64,000 nt of DNA. Source: Clostridiales bacterium. Its GTDB lineage: Bacteria > Bacillota > Clostridia > Monoglobales > WRBX01. Of the stretch, positions 19,537-25,841 are shown one piece after another (positions within the stretch are counted from its first letter, which is position 1; each line of letters starts with the position of its first letter). The stretch spans positions 19,472 to 83,471 of the forward strand of contig JAISIR010000011.1 in the NCBI GenBank assembly GCA_031261985.1. The letters run 5' to 3'. The notes beneath the pieces were generated by a model. It did not search any database, had not been told where the DNA came from, and saw only the letters and a program-made list of their open reading frames with translations. The position numbers and the translations under genes are program-made.

Positions 19537-19728
19537 TGATTTAAAATAAAAAACAAGTAGCGAATTCATTGCAAATATTTAAAGTATAATTAACTAATAT
19601 TTTTTAAAACAGGCAAGCCGCTCAATCAGGACGAGAAAAACGCTCTTTATTCATTCGCTTCCCTTGCCCATTTTAAAAAATATTGGTGGGTAAGCGTTTT
19701 AGAGGCGTTTAAAGCTCTAAATCTATTC

Positions 19729-19905
19729 AAGCTGCGTATTTTACGCTGCTCCGCTCGTTTTTCGCGATTTAATCCTAGCATTTTGACAGGATGTGTCAAG
19801 GCTGAAATGAATGGCGCAAAAGGCGCGCCAGCCTTGACAAATCCTTAATCAAAATGCAGATGTAAATCTCGGCGAAAAACTCATTCGGGCATGCGTAAAA
19901 AATAA
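19729..19905. repeat. Nested imperfect palindrome of about 177 bp (foldback element)
   Basis: The centre is a perfect 10-bp stem, gtcaaggctg (19795-19804) / cagccttgac (19829-19838). The flanks pair imperfectly: cgcgatttaatcctagcattttga with tcaaaatgcagatgtaaatctcggcg, and gcgtattttacgc with gcgtaaaaaata. Confidence 0.7.
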
Positions 19906-19964
19906 GACTACCCCAAAATAATGAAAATTTAACACAAATTTAACATAAACAGTTGCAAAAGGGC

Positions 19965-19993
19965 TTGATATATATATATATATATGTTATAAT
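19965..19993 (+). promoter_or_regulatory. Sigma-A type promoter of the possible lipoprotein gene, with an (AT)9 spacer
   Basis: TTGATA (19965-19970), a 17-nt spacer, then TATAAT (19988-19993). The SD AAAGGGAG and the ATG at 20038 lie downstream. Confidence 0.6.
19968..19985. repeat. (AT)9 dinucleotide microsatellite
   Basis: Read directly as atatatatatatatatat. It overlaps the -35 element and fills most of the promoter spacer. Confidence 0.95.
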
Positions 19994-20037
19994 TGTATTA
20001 GTAAGAGTAATTATAATACAAAAGGGAGATAAATATT

Positions 20038-21069
20038 ATGCCTAAATTTTCTGACTTAGCAAAGAAAGCTGTAGCAACAATCGCTGCGATATTTACAATA
20101 GGAAGTTCTGCCGCCTGCGTACCAGATGCGCCAGAGCAAGGAGGCGCGTCTCCGTATTCGCAAAGCCAGGAGACTTCTATGACTATTGAGCCAACTGTAG
20201 AAAACGACCAGGTTGTTACTAATGTTGAACAAGAGGTTGTATCGTCAACGGCCATGACAACCGTGCCGTCTGGTGCGCTTGTTCCTAATCCAGAGCAAGA
20301 GTTTGTATTGGAAACCGCGACGACCCCAGCGCCAAGCGAAACGATTGTGCCAACTGAAACGACTGTAGCAACTGGGACACAAACTGAACATTCGGGAGTT
20401 AAAATCCCTAACCTTGTCGATTCTGAAATGGGATATAATATTGCTTATTTTGCTGAGAGGGAAGAATTTCTAATTCAAAGAATAGAAACAGTGAAATCTG
20501 ATGGGGATTCTAATCTGTATATATATAACAATTTTCTTTCAGTAGACGCAGTTAAAGATTGCCTTGAAAACGAACAAATTGACGGTGTAAAAGTAACTGC
20601 TAATTCTGACAGAGACGATATTCTATTATATAAAGAGATAATGAGCATAGATGATAAAACTTTAGCCGAAGCGGGCTTGAAAACCCTTGGTGAGTATATG
20701 GTTTATAATCGCTCTAAAACTTATATATATTCGCCTGAAAATGAGCAATTTACTTGCACGGTTCAAACATCTATAGGCGTAGAACTGGATCAAAAATTAT
20801 CTAAAACAGATGTTGCCGATATTTTAAATAATAAAACCTATATGGGGGAAGCCTTGGATAGCCCTGCGAATTCTGTTGGCGGAAATAAGCTTATTATTGC
20901 CTTAGTGCAACAGATTCCTGAAAATTTTCTGATAGAGGCTGGTCTTAAAAAAGAAAGCTTGGCAAAGCAAATGGTCGCGGCGAAAGCTAATGCGTCTGGT
21001 GGTGAGCCGCCTATCAATGCTGCGCAACCCACCGCGGTCGCACCTGTGGCTACGCAACCTCAATTCTAG
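20038..21069 (+). CDS. Secreted protein or possible lipoprotein of unknown function (343 aa)
   Basis: N-terminus MPKFSDLAKKAVATIAAIFTIGSSAAC has a Cys after the hydrophobic core, but the lipobox is non-canonical (Ser at -3). A T/P/E/V-rich linker follows, then a globular C-terminal domain I do not recognise. Confidence 0.8.
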   Translation: MPKFSDLAKKAVATIAAIFTIGSSAACVPDAPEQGGASPYSQSQETSMTIEPTVENDQVVTNVEQEVVSSTAMTTVPSGALVPNPEQEFVLETATTPAPSETIVPTETTVATGTQTEHSGVKIPNLVDSEMGYNIAYFAEREEFLIQRIETVKSDGDSNLYIYNNFLSVDAVKDCLENEQIDGVKVTANSDRDDILLYKEIMSIDDKTLAEAGLKTLGEYMVYNRSKTYIYSPENEQFTCTVQTSIGVELDQKLSKTDVADILNNKTYMGEALDSPANSVGGNKLIIALVQQIPENFLIEAGLKKESLAKQMVAAKANASGGEPPINAAQPTAVAPVATQPQF

Positions 21070-21080
21070 GGGTTAAGTAA

Positions 21081-21120
21081 TAAACACGCTGCGCGCGAGT
21101 TAATCGCGCGCGCGTGTTTA
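21081..21120. terminator. Strong GC hairpin between convergent genes
   Basis: taaacacgc(t)gcgcgcga-GTTAA-tcgcgcgcgcgtgttta gives a 17-bp stem with one bulge. Confidence 0.7.
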
Positions 21121-21132
21121 TATATTAAATAT

Positions 21133-21167
21133 AAAAAAGGCAATCCGTTTAGGGATGCCTTTTTTTG
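21133..21167. terminator. Bidirectional terminator-like hairpin (A-run/T-run flanked)
   Basis: aaaaaaggcaatcc gttta gggatgccttttttt. Confidence 0.65.
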
Positions 21168-21199
21168 ATTTCGAGATGAGGATTGAATATATCTAAAAA

Positions 21200-22288
21200 C
21201 TAATAATCTGCATCTTGTATTTTTTGATACCTATACATAAATCCGTCGCTGAACACAAGGTAGATAATGGTACCGTCGTCGCTAAAATAACTATTTATAG
21301 CTTTATCGCCGCTAATGGCAATCTTAAGCAACTCGTCAAAACTGGTTACCTTAACCTGGATAACCTTACGCGCATCTGGCATTGATTGCAATTTAACAAT
21401 GTTTCTGCCATAGTGACGCTCTATCATTTTATCTTCGTTATATTTATTTTCTTTTTTAGTACTTTTGCCGCCCTTGCGTTTTAGGCTTTTAACGCCAACG
21501 ATGATAACACAAGTTGCACTTGCAATTATTATGCACATAAGGAAGGTTGCGCCTAAAGGTAGGCTGCGAGAGGTTTTTGCACCTTCATCTAATGCAATGG
21601 TAGGTGCGCCAGAATATGTTACGCTATACACCTCGTTGGTTAAAGGTATGGTAACGGTGCGTGAAAGAGTTTTGTTTAAGTTATTTTTAGCGTTAACAAA
21701 AGTATATTCAAAGGTTAAGACTAATTGGGCTGAGAAGCTAGGGCTGCGGCTAAAAATAAGGTTACGATTTTTAATCATTTTACTTTCTTCTTGTAAAAAC
21801 GAGTTATATGTTTTAATAAATTGGTATGGGTCGATGCTATAAGAACCGCCAGGCTCGGCGCCATGGTTAGGTTTAAAGCTAAAATCTTTACCGTTGGCGG
21901 TTTGAGTTACGGTTTTAAGCGGATAAACGACATTTAATACTTGAGTAGGGGTTGTAGAGTTGCCGCTATCGTAATTTATAATTAAATTTTGGTATGCGTT
22001 GTAAGAATAAGTAACATCCATAGCTTTATCGAGATTTAAATTTAAGCTGTCATTAACTTGTATATAATCGGTATAGCTAAGTAAGTAAGAGCCTTTGATA
22101 TTATCTTGAATTTTATTTTGTGTGAAGGATGTGTTGGGCTTATAAACTACATTATGACCAACTGTTTGTGTTGCGGTACCTTTAACTGATTGCGTGTTAA
22201 ATAAGAACATGTAGCTAAACGCCAATGTTAATGTGGTAATTATTAATAAAAACGATATAGCAATGGAAAGAATCGTTTTTTTCCTCAT
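21200..22288 (-). CDS. Bitopic membrane protein, last gene of the fibre operon (362 aa). N-terminal anchor, about 230-aa extracytoplasmic domain, second TM, about 95-aa cytoplasmic tail. Possibly DUF5305-like.
   Basis: TM1 is ILSIAISFLLIITTLTLAF and TM2 is LPLGATFLMCIIIASATCVIIVGV, followed by the basic stretch KSLKRKGGKSTKK. The gene is on the same strand as, and 57 nt downstream of, the peptidase gene. The DUF5305 assignment is from memory of operon context and is untested. Confidence 0.85.
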   Translation of the reverse strand: MRKKTILSIAISFLLIITTLTLAFSYMFLFNTQSVKGTATQTVGHNVVYKPNTSFTQNKIQDNIKGSYLLSYTDYIQVNDSLNLNLDKAMDVTYSYNAYQNLIINYDSGNSTTPTQVLNVVYPLKTVTQTANGKDFSFKPNHGAEPGGSYSIDPYQFIKTYNSFLQEESKMIKNRNLIFSRSPSFSAQLVLTFEYTFVNAKNNLNKTLSRTVTIPLTNEVYSVTYSGAPTIALDEGAKTSRSLPLGATFLMCIIIASATCVIIVGVKSLKRKGGKSTKKENKYNEDKMIERHYGRNIVKLQSMPDARKVIQVKVTSFDELLKIAISGDKAINSYFSDDGTIIYLVFSDGFMYRYQKIQDADY

Positions 22289-22345
22289 AAGCCACGCATT
22301 CTCCTAATTTAAATTAAGTAACCGCTGAACTTAAAAACTTGTTGA

Positions 22346-23542
22346 TTAAAACTGTTGTAGCATAATTGTGGGGTAGCCTATCAATGGTATATGGGCAGAA
22401 GCTATGCCCAAAATTTTGTCTTTTGTGACTGGCTCGGTATCGGCTTTTGGATTATTATCGCCTTTGGTAATATATAGTGTTTCGCCATTTTCGTTTCCAG
22501 TTATTTCTATTACTCGGTGTATAACTTCTGTTTTACCCTTAGAGTAATCTATTACATCGCCTACTTGGACGTAGCCTTCAATTTTTTTAGGGTTAATTTT
22601 TTTGATAAACACAAGTGCTCCACGTGATATTGCGGGTTTCATACTATTACTTGCCACCGCGGCAGGGAAGTATGGTAGTGACTTTGTTGCGAACAAAACC
22701 ACAAGTAAAATTATGCTTAACGATATTACGCTGCTTCGTATTGGGTGTTTTACCTCCCAACGCATGCCATGACGGCGTGCGCGAGATTTGCGGCGCATTA
22801 TCCTAGGAGTAAATAAAAACTTATTATATAAAAAGTAGATGACAAATAGTGAAAGGTAAATTACAATCGCCCAAAGTATTCTTTTTACATTTGGTAAAAT
22901 AGGCGATAAAATTGAGGTTAAGGTAAATATAATGTTTAAAATTATACACCCAAGAGGCACGCTATAGCTTGCAATTGGTATTAGTATAATGTTTAGTATA
23001 AGGTTAGGCATTACCGAGGTTATAATGTAATCTACTCTCTGTTGCGTAGCGTATCCAATAAACGACGAAAGGGTTTCGGCGCGGATAAAGGTGAAAACAA
23101 CGACGATTACTGAATAGAGAACCGCACGTTGGTTAAAAGTATATTGCTTTGATGTTTTAACAAGGTATACTCTAAAATATTCTTGTGCTATTACAAAAGG
23201 TACATACACCCAAATATTGTTAAGCCATACATTAAAGCTTGGCGTAGTTGCATTTGCACCTGCTCCAAAAATGAGTATGCAAATAAATAGAGCAAAGTAG
23301 TAAATAATTGCGCTACATATAGCCAAAATAATGCTGTCGTAGCCTTTTAGCTCGGTTGTATCGTGGTGCAATTTAAGCGATAAAAATACAACCAAACCTG
23401 TTATATATACAAGCGGGCGGATTATTAATAAATATATATTATTTGCATCAGGTGGCAAAAAAATGGAAAACAGATGAAATATTGCCATGAATGCTAATAT
23501 TAAATATTTGGTTCTTAATCTATCCATGCTTATAACGTCCAA
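22346..23542 (-). CDS. Fusion protein (398 aa): about 8-TM N-terminal domain plus a SipW/Sec11-type (S26B) signal peptidase I
   Basis: The C-terminal 125 aa read AVASNSMKPAISRGALVFIKK ... GDVIDY ... VIHRVIEI ... YITKGDNNPKADTEPV. The catalytic Ser codon is at 22643-22645, His at 22517-22519, and the GDNN box is typical of SipW/archaeal/ER-type peptidases. The N-terminal 270 aa contain 8 hydrophobic helices, then the basic loop RRKSRARRHGMRWEVKH, then the peptidase's own anchor helix. Confidence 0.85.
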   Translation of the reverse strand: MDVISMDRLRTKYLILAFMAIFHLFSIFLPPDANNIYLLIIRPLVYITGLVVFLSLKLHHDTTELKGYDSIILAICSAIIYYFALFICILIFGAGANATTPSFNVWLNNIWVYVPFVIAQEYFRVYLVKTSKQYTFNQRAVLYSVIVVVFTFIRAETLSSFIGYATQQRVDYIITSVMPNLILNIILIPIASYSVPLGCIILNIIFTLTSILSPILPNVKRILWAIVIYLSLFVIYFLYNKFLFTPRIMRRKSRARRHGMRWEVKHPIRSSVISLSIILLVVLFATKSLPYFPAAVASNSMKPAISRGALVFIKKINPKKIEGYVQVGDVIDYSKGKTEVIHRVIEITGNENGETLYITKGDNNPKADTEPVTKDKILGIASAHIPLIGYPTIMLQQF

Positions 23543-24291
23543 TTAAAATTCGGAGCGATATCCGAAGTGAAAATTATTTTAAATACAATATTATTCTCGT
23601 GATTTTGGGCATTCTCGGTATAATAATAAGGCAAGTAAAACTCTAACGCGTCGGTAACACTTGGGTCGATTTTACCTTTAAAGTTAAGTGTAAGCCTGCC
23701 GTTAGAATCGGCATAAATATAATCGGCAGCTGTGATATTGTACTTAGAGTTAAATAGCGAGTTAGGGCTGCCATTGGGTGCGGAAAACTGTGTATTTATA
23801 ACGCCGTCGCCAATTGTTTTGGTAAACTTGTCGGCGGGGGTAAGTGCCCATACATCTTTAGTTGGGTTGGTAATAACAAAGTTTAGAGATAAATCGCCAG
23901 CTTTACTTATAGCTGATTTTTTATCTAGCGTTAGATAAAAGGTATTACCTTGCCAATATTGGTTTAATACTTTAAGCCCGTCTAGTTCGGGCTCGATAGG
24001 CACAAAGACTATTCCTTTGCTAGTGGTTGCCGTTATACTTTGGCTAGAAGACTCTGCTATGGGTTCATCGATAGATTCGTCTAATGCAATAAGTGAATCG
24101 CCCTGTTCTTCCTCGGTTGGTTCTTCTTCTACAAAGTCGACGCCTTCGGCTAGCATAACAATAGGTGTAGATGCGGATTCTGGAACAGAAGCCGCACCTT
24201 CAAAACCCATTGCATATTCTTGAGAGGCATATACCACGCCGACACATAATATGAATATGGCGTACGACCATAACATTACTTGCTTAAGCAT
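23530..24291 (-). CDS. Secreted TasA-like accessory protein (253 aa); TapA-like role is hypothetical
   Basis: Signal peptide MLKQVMLWSYAIFILCVGVVYA|S, then an acidic linker (EEEPTEEEQGD), then a beta-rich domain with AGDLSLNFVITNPTKDVW, similar to the PGD...F.v.N.G box of the two upstream subunits. Its stop overlaps the peptidase start by 13 nt, indicating translational coupling. Confidence 0.85.
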   Translation of the reverse strand: MLKQVMLWSYAIFILCVGVVYASQEYAMGFEGAASVPESASTPIVMLAEGVDFVEEEPTEEEQGDSLIALDESIDEPIAESSSQSITATTSKGIVFVPIEPELDGLKVLNQYWQGNTFYLTLDKKSAISKAGDLSLNFVITNPTKDVWALTPADKFTKTIGDGVINTQFSAPNGSPNSLFNSKYNITAADYIYADSNGRLTLNFKGKIDPSVTDALEFYLPYYYTENAQNHENNIVFKIIFTSDIAPNFNWTL

Positions 24292-24331
24292 AGAAATACC
24301 TCCTGAAAAATTAAATTTTAATTAACAATTT

Positions 24332-24429
24332 GTCATTCCGCGCTTGACGCGGAATCTATACGCAATGTCGGAATTGATTGATATCATTCTTAATTAGCGT
24401 GTAGATTGCGGGTCGGAGCCCGCAATGAC
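24332..24429. repeat. Inverted pair of family C hairpin repeats inside the operon
   Basis: gtcattccgcgcttgacgcggaatctatacgc (24332-24363) and gcgtgtagattgcgggtcggagcccgcaatgac (24397-24429, inverted orientation). They lie in the 167-nt gap between the subunit genes and the accessory genes. Confidence 0.8.
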
Positions 24430-24458
24430 GGACTTTAGATATAGCTTTTTTGGCTAAA

Positions 24459-24968
24459 TTACACGCCTTGTGCAGATGTTGCCTCGTAGTCTATTTGAAT
24501 TGAGAATGTGTTAGCACCTGTTTTTACAGCTAACTCTTCTGCTGGCCATGTTAGAACAACGGTTTTACCGTCTATGCTAGCGCCTTTTGCAATTGCTTGA
24601 CCTTCTAGCTCGGTGTACGTGCCTGTTACTTCGATATCGTCGTTATTTGTTACTGTAATGTCGGTAATAGTAGCAGATGCGTTACCTACGTTGTCTACAT
24701 TAAAAGTTACGTAAGCTGTGTCGCCTGGCTCTTCCATTGTTGCTGTAAGTGTTAAAGTGTTGTTTTCGTTAGATATAACAGCTGAGCTAATGATAGCTTC
24801 GTCGCTGCTAACGGCGTCAGTAATGTCTAGGTTAATGTTCTCAGAAACTGTCGTTGTACCGGTAATGGTTAAATAGCCAGATGTTACGGCGTAAACTATC
24901 CCTGCAAGTGCTAGTAAAGCAATGATCGCAAGAATAATAGCGGTGGTTTTTCTTTTTGAGTTTGTCAT
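24459..24968 (-). CDS. TasA/camelysin-like fibre subunit candidate 2 (169 aa)
   Basis: N-terminus MTNSKRKTTAIILAIIALLALAGIVYAVTSGYLTITGTTTV. The internal box EPGDTAYVTFNVDNVGNASATI matches, from memory, B. subtilis TasA LKPGDKLTKDFQFENNGSLAIKEV and B. cereus CalY LKPGDSVKKEFLLQNSGSLTIKDV. SGYLTI can be compared with TasA ASGTLDL. Confidence 0.85.
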   Translation of the reverse strand: MTNSKRKTTAIILAIIALLALAGIVYAVTSGYLTITGTTTVSENINLDITDAVSSDEAIISSAVISNENNTLTLTATMEEPGDTAYVTFNVDNVGNASATITDITVTNNDDIEVTGTYTELEGQAIAKGASIDGKTVVLTWPAEELAVKTGANTFSIQIDYEATSAQGV

Positions 24969-25041
24969 TTAAAAACTCTCCTTTTTAAAAAAATATTTAT
25001 AATATAAAATTATACGAAGTAATGATAATGCGGATTTACCT

Positions 25042-25551
25042 TTAATCTGCCTGTGTATAAGGTATGGTAACGCTAAAGGTATAATCGCCGCCAGGGATTT
25101 CTGTGTCGTTAATCCAAGTTATATCGATGGCTTCGTTATCGCGAGTTTCTCCTGGTGCAATTGTAATCGGCAATTGATATGCGTTATCGTTAAAACTTGT
25201 TTTAATGTTAACGGTGTTAGGTGGGAAGTCGCTAGTTATGGTTCCTGTAGTAGAAATAACTGCCGAGACGGAACCAACATTTTCTATTGTAAAAGGAATG
25301 TGAAAGGTACGCGCGGCAGAGAAATCGATATCGAAGGTAATGGTATCGCCATTTCCGCTAATTTCGTAAGGAACTCTATTACCCCAAGTGTTATACTCTG
25401 CAGGGATGCCGAGGTCTAAATCTAATGATGAGGCGACGCTGGCGGTACCACCTAATTGTAGATTGCCTGAAAGGGCAGCATAAGCCACGCCGGTGATGGC
25501 GAATATTACTAAAAATACAAGAATAACTGTAGCATCTATTCGTCTTTTCAA
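25042..25551 (-). CDS. TasA/camelysin-like fibre subunit candidate 1 (169 aa), paralog of 24459..24968
   Basis: TTG start with a GAGGTG SD. N-terminus MKRRIDATVILVFLVIFAITGVAYAALSGNLQLGGTASV. Internal box FHIPFTIENVGSVSAVIS. It has the same length and the same motif order as the paralog. Confidence 0.85.
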   Translation of the reverse strand: MKRRIDATVILVFLVIFAITGVAYAALSGNLQLGGTASVASSLDLDLGIPAEYNTWGNRVPYEISGNGDTITFDIDFSAARTFHIPFTIENVGSVSAVISTTGTITSDFPPNTVNIKTSFNDNAYQLPITIAPGETRDNEAIDITWINDTEIPGGDYTFSVTIPYTQAD

Positions 25552-25642
25552 AATTTAAACACCTCGATTATAAACCGTTCGATATCGTCTAGATTGTACA
25601 TGAATAGGCTTCAAATAAAAATGCGGAAATCTATTCGCCTTA

Positions 25643-25670
25643 ATTATAACCTACCACTTATTTTTGTCAA
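25643..25670 (-). promoter_or_regulatory. Consensus sigma-A promoter of the fibre operon
   Basis: On the minus strand: TTGACA (25670-25665), a 16-nt spacer, then TATAAT (25648-25643), about 90 nt upstream of the TTG start at 25551. Confidence 0.7.
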
Positions 25671-25779
25671 TAAAAAATAACAAATTTCATCAAATTGTAA
25701 TAAAATCTTAATCAATTGTAATATTTTTGTAACATTGAAGCTAGCATACTAATTTAGAAAATTTTACATTAATTTAATA

Positions 25780-25808
25780 TTGACTATTTTAAATTAGTGT
25801 GATACAAT
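25780..25808 (+). promoter_or_regulatory. Sigma-A promoter with an extended -10 for the divergent membrane protein gene
   Basis: TTGACT (25780-25785), a 17-nt spacer ending in TGa, then TACAAT (25803-25808). Confidence 0.6.
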
Positions 25809-25841
25809 GTTGATGCTAAGATATACTAGGAGGTTGTGTTA

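Noticed and set aside
21465-21842. A 125-aa ORF antisense to the last fibre-operon gene; likewise 22615..22806, 23732..23938, 24017..24223 and 25174..25419.
   Set aside because: They are shadow ORFs within well-supported minus-strand genes, with no independent signals.
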